NCBI RefSeq assembly: GCF_001194135.2 | Contig: NC_068994.1 | Coordinates: 43,741,119-43,804,520 of the forward strand | Reading direction: 5' to 3' | DNA: 63,402 bases | From: Octopus bimaculoides | Taxonomy: Eukaryota | Part shown: piece after piece, positions 10,589 through 24,379 of the stretch | Numbering within the stretch: the first letter of the stretch is position 1 | How the letters are laid out: each line of letters starts with the position of its first letter | Made by a program: the position numbers and the translations under genes | Notes under the pieces: model-generated | Told to the model about the DNA's origin: nothing | Seen by the model: only the letters and a program-made list of their open reading frames with translations | Databases searched by the model: none

Positions 10589-12209
10589 GGTAGAGATAGT
10601 AATAGTAATATATATGGTGGTGATGATGTAGTGGTTATTGGTGGTTGTAGTGGTGGTTGTGGTGGTGGTGGTGGTGGTTGTGGTAGTGGTGGTCGTGGTG
10701 GTGGTAGTAATGGTTATGGTGGTGATAGTATTGGGGATGGTAGTGGCTATTGGTGGTTGTAGTGGTGGTGGGGATGATGGTAGTGGTGGTGGTTGTGATG
10801 TTGATAGAAATGGTTGTGATAATGATGGTAGTGGTGGTGATGATGATGTTGGTGACGATGATGGTGACGATAGTGGTGGTGGTGGTGATGATGATGATGA
10901 TGGTAACAGTAACTGTAGTTAGTGGTAGCAGTGGTAGTGGTAGAGGTGATGATGATGATGGTAATAGTGGTAGTAGTGGTGGGGATGGTAGTAGTGATGA
11001 TGATGACGATGGTGGTGTTCATAGGTACAGCAGAGGTGGTAGTAGTACAAGATGAAGATAGCAGTGGTGTAAGTTGAGATTGTGATGCTGGACTACTTAA
11101 AATGCAAATGGTTGCAGTACCAGTGGTAGCACTCCTGTAACTGGTGGTGGTGGTGGTAGTGGAGAGGATGAAGTGGTGGCGTCACCAAGAGTATTTCTAG
11201 TAATGGTGTAACTGAAGATTGTGGCCAAGGTAATGATGATGATGATGGTGATGATGATGATGATGATGATAAGGAGAAAGGTAATGACACCTATAATGAG
11301 AGTAATTGCAACGCAATCTACAACAACAATGACGATAAAAGTTAAGGTAGCTGTGGCAGTGGTTGGTGAGGACGGTGGTAGTGGTGGTGGTGTTGGTGGT
11401 TGTAGTGGTGATAGTGGTGATTGTGGTGTTAATAATAATTTCTAGAATAAAGATGATGATGATGATAATCACAATAACAATGATGACAACAATGATGACA
11501 GTGATGATAATGATGATGACCGGGGATGATAACGATGACGGTGAGGATGATGCTGATGAAGATGATGATAAAGATAGTGGTGGTGATGATGATGATGATG
11601 GTGGTAGTGGTGATGATGACAGTTGTAGCGGTTTTGGTGATAGTATTGAAGATGATGATGATGACGAAGATGATGACGACGACGACGATGATGATGATGA
11701 TGACAGAGTAGTTGTTGTTGCTGCTGCTGCTGGTAGTTGTGCTGGTGTTGGTAGTGGTGGTGGTGATGATGATGATGATGATGATGATGACGACGAAGAT
11801 AATGGCGGCAACAAGGAGAATGATGACGAAGATAATTATGATGTCAATGATGTTGACATTGATGCTGATGTTGACAAGAGATAAAAAACAAAAAAGAGTG
11901 CAGAACAACATGCTGTGTTGCTTGCTTTATGGAAGAGAGGAAAAGATGCCTGATTTCTGGATATATTCTTAACTATCACTATTCAAACGATGCCATCTCT
12001 GTGGGTAGTACCACACAGATACGAGAAGTTCGATCTAAGACATTCGAAACTGACTGAATAGCATTAATTTATTCATGAAATGACTATGAAAATGGAAGAT
12101 CAAATTGTTAATCAAATTACTATTATTATCATCTTTATTATCATTATCATTATTATTTTCCTTATTATTATTATCATTATTATTATTGTTATTATTATTA
12201 TCATTATTA

Positions 12210-12245
<36 letters not shown>

Positions 12246-12257
12246 GCATCATCACCT

Positions 12258-12288
<31 letters not shown>

Positions 12289-12295
12289 CATCATC

Positions 12296-12375
<80 letters not shown>

Positions 12376-12545
12376 TACTATTATTATTATTATTATTATT
12401 ATTAGCATCATCACCTTCATTATTATTATTATTATTATGATTATTATTATTACTCTTCTTCATCTTTTTCTCCTTCTTTTTCGACTTTGCCATATTCTTC
12501 TTTTCCTTCTTTCCCCACCCCTCCACCACCACGACCACCACAAGG
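10589..12545. repeat. compound trinucleotide low-complexity tract ((GGT)n,(GAT)n,(ATT)n,(CAT)n)
   Basis: Directly visible; source of the poly-G/V/D/M/I ORFs. Confidence 0.9.
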
Positions 12546-12745
12546 TAGTGTTCATTTTCTATTTTATCATACTATTCAAATCTAAGATGCTTTACAGAAA
12601 ATATCAAATTGACTCCAGTACCTTGACGTGTACTTTATTTTATTGACCACGGAAGGATGAAAAATGAAGTTAGTCTCTGTCAATATTATAATCACGTCAT
12701 TTAAAAAAAAAAAAATTATTTATTTATTTATTTATTTATTGCCAG

Positions 12746-12829
12746 TTCCAGTTTCCATCGAGGAAAGAAGATGACAGTCAGCTGAAGGATGAGGTGTTAT
12801 ACTGTACAGTGTTGCAGACAAAGGAAAAG
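12746..12829 (+). CDS. internal exon of unidentified protein (FQFPSRKEDDSQLKDEVLYCTVLQTKEK), phase 0/0
   Basis: Acceptor ttatttattgccag| (alternative ttccag| at 12751), strong donor AAAAG|gtgaga, 84 nt, only one open frame, protein-like composition. Confidence 0.6.
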
Positions 12830-13069
12830 GTGAGATAAGCTGACTGTTGTCAATATAATAAGAAAAAGTAGCAACCAATCAGTATTTTTGGCACAAAATT
12901 AAAACTTTACAAAACTACATCGATAAATTTCCATTCTGTCTACCACATTCTGTGCACAAGGCTCTGATCAATCTGAAGTTGTAGTCGAAGATATTGTGGT
13001 ACTGAACCTAGAACTATGTGGTTACAAAGTCATACATTTACCCACAGATCTATTTATTTCATTATCTAT

Positions 13070-13487
13070 TTACTCTTTTACTCTTTTACTTGTTTCAGTC
13101 ATTTGACTGCGGCCATGCTGGAGCACCACCTTTAGTCGAGCAAATCGACCCCAGGACTTATTCTTTGTAAGCCTAGTACTTATTCTATCGGTCTCTTTTT
13201 GCCTAACCGCTAAGTGACGGGGACATAAACACACCAGCATCGGTTGTCAAGCAATGCTAGGGGGACAAACACAGACACACAAACACGCACACACACACAC
13301 ACATATATATATATACATATATACGACAGGCTTCTTTCAGTTTCCGTCTACCAAATCCACTCACAAGGCTTTGGTCGGCCTGAGGCTATAGTAGAAGACA
13401 CTTGCCCAAGGTGCCACACAGTGGGACTGAACCCGGAACCATGTGGTTGGTAAGCAAGCTACTTACCACACAGCCACTCCTGTGCCT
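13070..13487 (-). mobile_element. full-length SINE family A copy (young)
   Basis: tRNA-like head (ggagtggctgtgtggtaag...ggttccgggttcagtccc), central (TA/TG)n, tail ending in (aagagtaa) repeats; near-identical to 49267-49693. Confidence 0.92.
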
Positions 13488-13548
13488 ACATATTTTTAAA
13501 ATTTATTTTTCTTTTATCTTTCCTTTTTTTTATTGCTTTCATGTAGAG

Positions 13549-13803
13549 CAGTAGTCCCCAATATTTTTTGCCAATGGACCCCTTTAATTTCTCTTTTACT
13601 CTACTGGACCTCCATATCTATTTGATGTATATAAAAGAATCTTATTGTATTTTTATAATTGAATAACACTGAGAATTGTATAAAAAATTGTTAAAATGTT
13701 TTGTGTATTGTAGAAGTAGAAACAATTTATTGCACATAAATTTTAACAACAAAACCTTATATGGACCCCCAAGGGTCATTTGGACCCTGCTTGAGAACTA
13801 CTG
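13549..13803. mobile_element. non-autonomous hAT-type DNA transposon (MITE)
   Basis: TIRs cagtagtccccaa / ttgagaactactg; 8-bp flanks atgtagag / atgttaag (6/8 identical). Confidence 0.75.
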
Positions 13804-13931
13804 ATGTTAAGATTTCCTCGTTATCTCATAAATGGTCAGTAAAACAAACAATGTCTTACTTTGTTGTAGTGTCCATATAGTGGTGGTGAATATAATAACG
13901 GGGATTAATGTAAAAATTGTTTTCTTAGTCC

Positions 13932-13968
<37 letters not shown>

Positions 13969-14484
13969 ATAATTATTATTATTAGAGAGAGAGAGACAGA
14001 GACAGACAGACAGACAGACAGGCAGATAGACAAATGGCTTTACTTGTTTGGTACTATATTTATTGCTCTTTGAGGGGTTGTAAAGCAAACTTGATGTTGT
14101 TGTGCTCCTGAGATTCTCCCAAATCCATTCCCAATATGCTGATACACCCTTATTCTTTATAATTCTTTTAATGTTTACTTTGCCCATCACAAGAGAGGAT
14201 ACATGGTTCTACATTGTTCCACTGTAATTTAAACAGAAAATCTATTGTAAGTTGAAAGGAAGATAGTTTTTAGTGGATTATGAACAACAGATTCGGTGAT
14301 ATATGATGATGTCATACAGAGGCTGATGGTGAGTTTTTTTTTTATCAACATTGTCTATATTGAGAATTCCTCTCCTGAGGCAATCTCTGCAGAGAGGTCC
14401 TTCCTTCCATATTTTGAGTGCAAACACATATTAAATATAATTGGATACATCTATATATATAGAGAGAGAGAGATAGAGATAGAT

Positions 14485-14571
<87 letters not shown>

Positions 14572-15127
14572 NNNNNNNNNNNNNNNNNNNNNNNNNNNNN
14601 NNNNNNNNNNNNNNNNNNNNNNNNNNNNNNNNNNNNNNNNNNNNNNNNNNNNNNNNNNNNNNNNNNNNNNNNNNNNNNNNNNNNNNNNNNNNNNNNNNNN
14701 NNNNNNNNNNNNNNNNNNNNNNNNNNNNNNNNNNNNNNNNNNNNNNNNNNNNNNNNNNNNNNNNNNNNNNNNNNNNNNNNNNNNNNNNNNNNNNNNNNNN
14801 NNNNNNNNNNNNNNNNNNNNNNNNNNNNNNNNNNNNNNNNNNNNNNNNNNNNNNNNNNNNNNNNNNNNNNNNNNNNNNNNNNNNNNNNNNNNNNNNNNNN
14901 NNNNNNNNNNNNNNNNNNNNNNNNNNNNNNNNNNNNNNNNNNNNNNNNNNNNNNNNNNNNNNNNNNNNNNNNNNNNNNNNNNNNNNNNNNNNNNNNNNNN
15001 NNNNNNNNNNNNNNNNNNNNNNNNNNNNNNNNNNNNAGACATATTCCATATTCTATATCCCACATTAATTTTACAAGAATATAAATAAAACATAGAAAAC
15101 AGACAGAGTTGGAACTCTTTTAAACAA

Positions 15128-15183
<56 letters not shown>

Positions 15184-15261
15184 TTATGTGGGTGTGTATA
15201 TATATATGTATGTGTATATACATATATACAAATACATATACATATATACATACATATATGG

Positions 15262-15611
15262 CACTCTCTTGGTTACTACGACGAGGGTTCCAGTTGATCC
15301 AATCACTGGAACAGCCTGCTCATGAAATTAATGTGCAAGTGGCTGAGCACTCCACTGATATGGGGAGATTCAGCATGACACAGAGTGTGACAAGGCTGGC
15401 CTTTTGAAAAACAGGTACATGAGAAACAAGAAGGAAGTTTGAGTGAAAGTTACGGTAAAAGAATACAGCAGAGTTCACCACCACCCCTTGCCAGAGCCTC
15501 ATTTTAGGCGTTTTCGTTCGATAAACACTCACAACACCCAGTTTGGAAATCAAAACCACGATCCAATGACTGTGAGGGCACTGTCCTAACTACTGGGTCA
15601 TTGCGCCTCCA
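15262..15611 (-). mobile_element. SINE family C, full-length-like
   Basis: Minus-strand head ggaggcgcaatgacccagtagttagg...gtggttttgatttcc; body shared with 35105-35406. Confidence 0.8.
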
Positions 15612-15612
15612 A

Positions 15613-15656
<44 letters not shown>

Positions 15657-16249
15657 NNNNNNNNNNNNNNNNNNNNNNNNNNNNNNNNNNNNNNNNNNNN
15701 NNNNNNNNNNNNNNNNNNNNNNNNNNNNNNNNNNNNNNNNNNNNNNNNNNNNNNNNNNNNNNNNNNNNNNNNNNNNNNNNNNNNNNNNNNNNNNNNNNNN
15801 NNNNNNNNNNNNNNNNNNNNNNNNNNNNNNNNNNNNNNNNNNNNNNNNNNNNNNNNNNNNNNNNNNNNNNNNNNNNNNNNNNNNNNNNNNNNNNNNNNNN
15901 NNNNNNNNNNNNNNNNNNNNNNNNNNNNNNNNNNNNNNNNNNNNNNNNNNNNNNNNNNNNNNNNNNNNNNNNNNNNNNNNNNNNNNNNNNNNNNNNNNNN
16001 NNNNNNNNNNNNNNNNNNNNNNNNNNNNNNNNNNNNNNNNNNNNNNNNNNNNNNNNNNNNNNNNNNNNNNNNNNNNNNNNNNNNNNNNNNNNNNNNNNNN
16101 NNNNNNNNNNNNNNNNNNNNNNNNNNNNNNNNNNNNNNNNNNNNNNNNNNNNNNNNNNNNNNNNNNNNNNNNNNNNNNNNNNNNNNNNNNNNNNNNNNNN
16201 NNNNNNNNNNNNNNNNNNNNNNNNNNNNNNNNNNNNNNNNNNNNNNNNN

Positions 16250-16480
16250 GGCACATAAAAGACACCATTTCGAGCGTGGCCGTTTTCGTGCGGGTGACAC
16301 GGAAAAGCACCCACTACACTCTCTGAGTGGTTGGCGTTAGGAAGGGCATCCAGCTGTAGAAACTCTGCCAAATTAGACTGGAGCCTGGTGTTGCCATCCG
16401 GTTTCACCAGTCCTCAGTCAAATCGTCCAACCCATGCTAGCATGGAAAGCGGACGTTAAACGATGGTGATGATGATGATG
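16250..16480 (+). mobile_element. interspersed retroposon family D (tail ending in (GAT)n)
   Basis: gtggttggcgttaggaagggcatccagctgtagaaactctgcc...cccatgctagcatggaaagcggacgttaaacgatg(gat)n; near-identical inverted copy at 22922-23078. Confidence 0.85.
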
Positions 16481-17018
16481 ATATCTATATGTACATACAT
16501 ATCTACCTATCTATCTATCTATCTATCTATCTATATATGTATATATATATATATATACATATAGCATACAGTATACAAATATTTGTATGTATTTGTGCTT
16601 GTAATATGCACATGTGCATGCTTACCAACATAGAAAACATTCATAAAATGATGATATGTTTGGTGATGATGATGAGAACGATGAGAAATAGGAAGATGTT
16701 GATATACATATATATGTATAAATGTATATATGTATTTATATATATATATACACATATGTACATTTACACACGCATACGTACATATATATTCGTTATATTT
16801 ATAGATGTAGATAGGTAGGCAAATATAGATATATATGTATGTATGTACATGTATATATACAGACATTGTATACCTATATATACACATATGTATATCTATA
16901 TATGCATGTGTGTTTATATGCACATAGGCATACACATGCACACACACACAGAACATAGATGATCATTGAACCACTTACGTAGTAACCATTAACACTAACG
17001 TTTCTCTCGAGCATCTAG

Positions 17019-17103
17019 GTTATGGCACAACTTTGGAGAGAAAGTGTTATATTGTTGCAATGGAGATTGCTTGATTTGAATCATGTGAACAGCTCAATGG
17101 AAT
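17019..17103 (+). CDS. internal exon of unidentified protein (VMAQLWRESVILLQWRLLDLNHVNSSME), phase 0/1
   Basis: Branch-point cactaac, acceptor ...gcatctag|G; donor GAAT|gtaacc (alternative at 17113, same phase); phase matches both neighbouring exons. Confidence 0.55.
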
Positions 17104-17538
17104 GTAACCAATGTAGAAAGCTAAGCAGAATGTTCCATATTCTATGGAAATCTAAGTCATAGATTACATTTTACTGATTTTCTCTGGCATTCTATCTCTG
17201 TTATTTTTCAAACTACCAAATCTCGTTACTATTATTATTGCCTATTTATTTTTATCTCGCTTATTTGATTTAGCCATGTGAAGCCTAAAGACTTGCTGTC
17301 AGCAGCCTCCATATCCTACACCAAACTCTGCGACAAATCACATGATATCATTCACTTCTTTATTATTTACTCGTCCTAACAAAATCTCTGCATACTGTGG
17401 TCAATTGCATTTACATATATATATATATATACATTCATACATAAATACATACATACATACATATATACATATATATATATGTGTGTGTGTGTATACATAC
17501 ATATATACATAAATATATATAAATGTATGTATGTATGC

Positions 17539-17569
<31 letters not shown>

Positions 17570-17596
17570 TGAACACAGGTATATATGCATAAATAT

Positions 17597-17643
<47 letters not shown>

Positions 17644-17770
17644 CGAACATATATTTTTACACACATATCCAGAAGTATATATCTATATGCATTTATATTT
17701 ATTTATTAATATATTTATATAATATATATACACACTCAAATGCACTTATATGTATATGGATATATATTTA

Positions 17771-17874
<104 letters not shown>

Positions 17875-18336
17875 TACACACTTTCAGATATGTATATGTA
17901 TTTGTGTTTATGTATGTGTGTGTGTGCACGTGTGTGTGCACGTGTGCATGTGTGTGTGTGTGTGTGTGTGTTTGTGTGTGCGTGCATGTGTTTGTGTTTC
18001 TATACTATGTTCATTTATGTAGATTTATATAGATATGTTTGAATGCGTAATTAGATATTTATTCTCTATTCATATCCAGCTCTCACTCACTCTCTCTCTA
18101 TATATATATGTGTGTGTAGGCATATATGAGAGTATGTGTATATGTATGTTTATGTGTGTATAAATCTATATATATGTGTGTAAGTGTGCATTATATATAT
18201 ACACACACACATACATATATATGTGTAGATATATATATTTGCATAAGTATGTATGTGTGTGTGTATATATATGTGTATGTATATATGTATGTATGCCTGT
18301 ATGTATGCATAAGTGTGTGTGTTTGTTTTTCTCCAG

Positions 18337-18419
18337 CTCACTTCTCTTCAAATGTGCAATGGTTTATGTCTAGCAGTGCCCATAATATTCTTGATGATTT
18401 GAGACAAACATTGCTTTAA
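18337..18419 (+). CDS. terminal coding exon (HFSSNVQWFMSSSAHNILDDLRQTLL*)
   Basis: Strong acceptor gtttgtttttctccag|, phase 1 start, TAA at 18417-18419, AT-rich UTR-like sequence after it. Confidence 0.55.
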
Positions 18420-18740
18420 ATTAATTCAATTAGAATTTAAATCATATTAATTATTGATGTACGTAAATTAAATAATTATGGAATTAATGATGCTTATTTG
18501 TAATGAAACAGCTGTTGAATTAATTAAATTATGAACTATGTGTGATATTTATGCTTTTCTGCTTTTTTTTGTCTAAATATAACATGCTGCTCTGAAGAAT
18601 CACTTTAGCACTTTATGTACACATCTGGATTTACTACAAGGCTATAGTGTATTGGAGTTTAATGAGTAATTATTGAGCTCTTACTTATTGTGGACATATT
18701 ATTTTTGATGCTTCATGCAGTATCTATCTATCTATCTATT

Positions 18741-18797
<57 letters not shown>

Positions 18798-18826
18798 TGA
18801 TTGATAGAAATTTACAGTTTATAAGG

Positions 18827-18832
18827 AATAAA
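18827..18832 (+). promoter_or_regulatory. possible polyadenylation signal AATAAA of the plus-strand gene
   Basis: First AATAAA I found after the stop, about 410 nt downstream, with a second nearby; chance occurrence is likely in AT-rich DNA. Confidence 0.2.
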
Positions 18833-20266
18833 ATAGAAGAATAAAGAGTCAAAGTAGGTAGAAGAATACAGACAGGATTATAAAAGTTCACACTTCATCG
18901 TTTTCCAGAGGGTATGGAGGTTGGTCCATACTTTTAAATCTCTAAATCTCCGTCCATTCAGAGGATACTTAAGCTTCCAGACCCGTCATTTCCATACTGG
19001 TCATATACTGGGCAATCATTTAGCCCTGATCCTGAAGTTACTAACAGCTAACCTATGTTGTGGGGTGCATTCTTCACCAGGGGAAGTTTTGGCATTTATA
19101 AGCAGCTCTCTTTCTTGTTTCTTGCTGAAAATGTAATCAATCTGATGTATTTGCATATACATTTATGTTTCTTCCAATCCATCTCCTTTCCAAATATCTT
19201 TGTATGCATCCTGCTCCTGACTCACTCACTCTCTCTCTCTTTCTTTATTTCTTTCTTTCTTTCTTTCTTCCTTTCTTTCTTTCTTTTACTCTATTTTCAA
19301 TTTGTTTATAATTACACCATTTAACAAATGTTATCACTTATCACTGTACAGTCCAGCATTGTTGCCAATTTTTGTTGGGACATTCATCATGATTTCTGGG
19401 TTTGTTTCAAAAGTTATAAGAATGTAAAAAACACGAGGGACTACATGCTGGATAGAAGACCAGATAAACTTTACGTTTTTGTCATGAAATTTTTTTTTAT
19501 CTTGATTGTGTTCTTACAAAAAACAAAAATTAGAATAATTCTCTTGATACCAAACCTGCCTAAGATAAGCTCTGCTTCTATAATATAAGTACTTTGATTT
19601 CATGTGTTCATGTTTAAATTAAAATTTCTCATTATAGATTTATGTAAGAACCTTTTGTTATGTTCCAAACACCAACTTAATCATGAAAAAAGTTCAAACT
19701 GTAGAATAAATTTTCATGGCATAGACATAATGAGTGCAGCTGTCTAAAACATTTGACTTCTCTATGGAGAAAGAGAATACACACACATATGTATACATGT
19801 AAGTATGTATGTATGTATGCATGTATGTATGTATTAGTGTATGTATATATTGGTGTACGTACGTATGTATGTATTTATGTATGTGTGTATGTTTGTATGT
19901 ATTCAACTATATTATCTATAGTCCCACTTCCACATGTATGTTTGAAGGAAAATCTGCAAATCTAGCACAACAACTTTAAACTTTAAAGAGAATGGCTGAG
20001 GGTTAGCTGTTCCATTAATTAATTAATTAATGAATTGATTAATTAATTGATTGATTTTGCATACAAACCTTTGTATAGTGAGGAAACAGTTCCTCAAGCC
20101 ATTTGAAACATTTGTAACAATGAATAAAGTTATGTAAAAATTATAATTCTTCAATCTCTGTCTGGTTGCTATTATACTCTGCAATTATTATACCAAACTT
20201 CTGACCCGTTAATAACCTGGTTTACAGTTTGTATGGATTGCCCAGTGTAGTTAACCTCTTCACTAA

Positions 20267-20612
20267 GGTGGTGAGCTGGCAGAAACGTTAGCACACCGGG
20301 CGAAATGCTTAGCAGTATTTCATCTGCCGCTATGTTCTGAGTTCAAATTCCACCAAGGTTGACTTTGCCTTTCCTCTTTTCGGGGTCGATTAATAAGTAC
20401 CAGTTACGTACTGGGGTCGATATAATTGACTTAATCCGTTTGTCCTTGTTTGTCCCTCTGTGTGTAGCCCCTTGTGGGCAGTAAAGAAATAAGAAACGTT
20501 AGCATGCCGGGCGAAATACTTAGCAGTATTTTGTCTGTTTTTATGTTCTGAGTTCAAATTCTGCCAAGGTCAGCTTGGCCTTTCATCCTTTCGGGGTTGA
20601 TAAATTAAGTAC
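20267..20612 (+). mobile_element. SINE family B, head-to-tail dimer (20267-20492 plus partial 20493-20612)
   Basis: ggtggtgagctggcagaaacgttagc...gttctgagttcaaattcc (A/B-box-like)...gtaaagaaataa, then restart at gaaacgttagc. Confidence 0.9.
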
Positions 20613-21589
20613 AGAAATGATTTTATTCATATGGTCCATGATGCATGTCTAACAATGAGATCTATGAAGTATATTTGCCAACTAAATGTGGTTTTCCCAT
20701 AGAGGATGATGTTATTGCTTTTAGCCCCAGGAGGACTTTTTCTCCAGCTGGCTAACGACACACTGTCTGTGTTTGATTAGTATTTGCGAAGGGAAATCAT
20801 CGTCCCCATCTCTAGCCTTATGTGATACACAGACCCAGGTTTCTGGGTAGTAATCCATCACCAGTGTGTGATAATCACCAGCTAATGAGTGAATAAAACT
20901 TAGTGTAGATACAAATATCAAATTATATAGTCAGGAATTATATACAAATATCAAATTATATAGTCAAATTATATAGTCAGTTATATAGAACAATAACTCA
21001 TTTCTGATTTTCAAGAAGTTAATCAAAGCTAGCTAATGAGATTTATATACTGAAAAATATAACTGTACATATTTTTGATGTATTTTTGTTTTGCTGAGAT
21101 GTAGATGGAGTTCTTTCTTTCCTATATCTTTGTTTTGGTACAACTGAAAATTTGCATTTTCCTTTTTCTTTTTTTTTTTTTTGGCCTGTGGTTTTTGAAG
21201 TATTGTTGGGTGCTGCACCACTGACAAAGAAGTTTTTTTTATTTCATTGGTCCCACCACAATGAAGTATCCAATGATGCTTGGAAGAATGCCTGGCTAAT
21301 CCAGTGCCTCAGCTTTGCAATTATCTGTGTTAATGCTGTGTTCTGGAATGTCTCAAAACATTTTCAGGAGAAACACCAGTTTCCACTGGCATGATGTGTA
21401 ATCAAAGTAACATACTGCATTGACTTGTGTGTTAGTTAAACCCCTAATTTAGTGTTAAATCTTGCTACAAAATGTTTTGCCCTGCTTCATAATATTAACT
21501 TTGTTCCAAGTATAAGCTGCATCCCAGATTTTGCAGTTAGAATCAAGTATAGAATAATGTGACTTACACATGCTTTTCTTACTTGTTCC

Positions 21590-21690
21590 AATCATTTGAC
21601 TGGAGGCTACAGTAAAAAAATCTTGCCCAAGGTGCCATGCAGTGCAATTGAACCTGGAAGCAATCTTCTTGCCACATAGCCATGCCTGCA
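21590..21690 (-). mobile_element. SINE family A head fragment
   Basis: cttgcccaaggtgccatgcagtgcaattgaacc...ccacatagccatgcctgca. Confidence 0.7.
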
Positions 21691-22499
21691 CCTTGTTTTT
21701 TACACGAGCAAATATGTTAAATGTTTTTAACAGTAATGATATAACACTGCATCTTATATTTCATATTACAAGTACATTTGTATGGATAAATACATAAGGT
21801 ACTTAGTTCTATTTCCATTTATGTTTTTGATAATATTTGTAAATTCTCTGTTAATAAATGATGGCTTAGAAAAATATGTAAGTTCTCAGAAAGCAGATTC
21901 TACAACTAGCTTTTAATTCCAATCACAACCAGCTCATTTATGCAACAACTACCTCAGAGAAAGTCATATACATCACAATTTCTTTTCACTAAAATTCAAA
22001 GATATATCTAAATAAGAAATCGGTGCTCAATAAACAAAGATTTTTGCAAATTAATTTTTTACTTTTCTTTTTATTCCCCCAAACACCAAACCACCCACCC
22101 TCCCTACTTACAAATGCAGAATGAAATGATTTTGAAGCTCAGTTTCAAACTGGAGGAAGAAGAGATTTATAGAACAGATATTTGAAGCTTAATACACACA
22201 GTCAATGCAAATGGAACGTTCCTAAATATCAAACCATACTGATCTATTCTTATGAGAAAAGACATATGTTGGAATAACAGAAGACATAAAAAAAAAAAAT
22301 CAAATATAAAAAATAAAAATCATATATTGCAACAGAACGATGTTGCTATACTAATCAAAGAACTACAAGGAAACTCAAGAAAATCAACGAAGATATCTGT
22401 ATGTTTAGCACAAGCTGGAAATGGAATCAATATGCTCAGTGCTGATTTCAGAACAAGTATGGCTACCGTTATTGAACTGGATTCCAATATTCTTTTCTT

Positions 22500-22680
22500 C
22501 TTCTTTTACTGGTTTCAGTCACTGGAGTGCGGCCATGCTGGGGTACCACCCTAAAGGATTTTGGTTAGTCATACTCACCTCAATACGTATTTTTAAGACT
22601 GGTTCTTATTTTAACAAGGATTATTTGTTGAACTGTTAAGTTAAGGAATATAAAGTGCTACAACATAAACACAACACCAG
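22500..22680 (-). mobile_element. SINE family A 3' part
   Basis: ttttactggtttcagtcactggagtgcggccatgctgg... Confidence 0.7.
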
Positions 22681-22881
22681 CTTACTGGTGTCAACATAAA
22701 GCAGAAACATGCGTATACATTTATACATATATGCATATGCACACATATGCACATACATACACATATACACACATACACATATAAAAATACATTCATACAT
22801 ACATACACATGTATACTTTATACATGTATACAGGTATACTTTATATATATATACGTGTATATATATATTTATGTGTGTGTA

Positions 22882-22921
<40 letters not shown>

Positions 22922-22922
<1 letters not shown>

Positions 22923-23078
22923 CATCATCATCATCATCATCGTTTAACGTCCGCTTTCCATGCTAGCATGGGTTGGATGATTTGACTGAGGACTGGTGAA
23001 ACCGGATGGCAACACCAGGCTCCAATCTGATTTGGCAGGGTTTCTACAGCTGGATGCCCTTCCTAATGCCAACCACTC
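22922..23078 (-). mobile_element. retroposon family D
   Basis: (cat)n cgtttaacgtccgctttccatgctagcatggg...ttcctaatgccaaccactc. Confidence 0.85.
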
Positions 23079-23244
23079 ATATATATTTATATTCTGAGGG
23101 TGATAAATTGAATATTAATTTCAATTTAAAACCAGTGGTCTAGCATATGAAAAAAATCTGGTAATTCAGAAAAATTGTATTACATGCATATAAGAAGGGA
23201 TGACCACTTGTTGGACATCCAATATGCTAGAAAGAGGTCATCAA

Positions 23245-23497
23245 CAATCCAACCCAATCATAGTGGGTGCATTAGGTATGATAAAAAAATATTCAGACAA
23301 ATACATAACAAAAACACCAGGACTAACAAATATATACAACATACAGAAAATTGCACTACTAGGCACTGCACACATCCTACACAAAACACTTTCAATACAG
23401 TAACCATAAGAGCATCACAGCAAACCACAGCACATACCCAAGGCACACAGAGCTACGCTCGGTAGTGAAGTGAAAGCACGTTATAAAAATAAAACTA

Positions 23498-23552
<55 letters not shown>
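23245..23552 (+). mobile_element. 5'-truncated RLE-type non-LTR retrotransposon (R4/Dong-like) 3' end in (AAT)n
   Basis: PIIVGALGMIKK...IQKIALLGTAHILHKTL* (23254-23403) is the typical restriction-like endonuclease C-terminus; 3' UTR ends in (AAT)n at about 23502-23552. Confidence 0.8.
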
Positions 23553-23553
<1 letters not shown>

Positions 23554-23574
23554 GGATTCCAAATGTTGTCACAT

Positions 23575-23770
23575 GGCCAGCAATTTGGAGGAGGTGCATA
23601 AGTTGATTACATCGACCCCAGTACTCAACTGGTACTTGTTTTATCAACCACAAAAAGATAAAAGGCAAAGTTGATCTTGGCAGAATCTGAACTCAGAACG
23701 TGAAGATGGATGAAATGTCGTTAACTATTTCACCCAGCATGCTAATAATTCTGCCTGCTCATCGCCTTAA
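23575..23770 (-). mobile_element. SINE family B-related copy
   Basis: gattacatcgaccccagtactcaactggtac...aggcaaagttgatc...gaactcagaacg. Confidence 0.8.
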
Positions 23771-24379
23771 TGATGATGATGATGATAATAATGATGATGA
23801 TGATGATAATAATAATAGTAATAAAAGAAGTTTACTGTTTGCTAAATGAACCTTCAGTTTTAAGTTTCCAATCTCACTAAAACCTATTCCATAGTTTACA
23901 TGAAAAACAACAAAAGATTTGTGAGACAGACAATGTAATGAGATATGAGATAGACTATGTTTTATTTCTTTTAAGCCTTAATCTAAGCAGAATCTATGAA
24001 TTACTGATTGTATAAGTGAGACACACCCACAATCAAAAATGTTCCAAGAGCTACAAGAATTGATTAACAATCTATATAACCTTACAATCAAGCAAGAGAA
24101 ATGCAGACAAATATCATACACAAGCAGTAGAAAATAATACCTTCCTAATGAAAATATAAAAGATATGAAAAAAAAAGAAAGAATATTTTTAAAACTTATG
24201 ATTAGATTCATTGTCACAGACTTAAAAATCAAAATATTAAACTGGAGATGACTGACAGCAATTAATGTGTCACTAACAAGTCAACCAGGCAGAAACGTAT
24301 ATACACTGCTTGTTCAAATATATTTCCTTTGTTTGTTGTTTGTTTTCTTTTTTTACATATTTCTACCTTCATTTGTGTA

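Noticed and set aside
9560-10762. Long ORFs running through X stretches (also 7774, 14345, 15504, 27071, 56658)
   Set aside because: Open only because they cross N gaps
16385-16425. CUGAGGA...GAAA on the minus strand inside family D repeats
   Set aside because: No stem II, stem III or stem I pairing; not a hammerhead
18482-18521. Hammerhead-like relic in the putative 3' UTR (GAAA-CAGCUG-UU/GAAUU)
   Set aside because: Palindrome and partial stem I are present but the core lacks C3 and A9 and stem II is poor; too degenerate to call
19334-19447. Minus-strand terminal-exon candidate (HVVPRVFYILITFETNPEIMMNVPTKIGNNAGLYSDK*)
   Set aside because: No homology recognised and no linked upstream exon; such segments arise by chance
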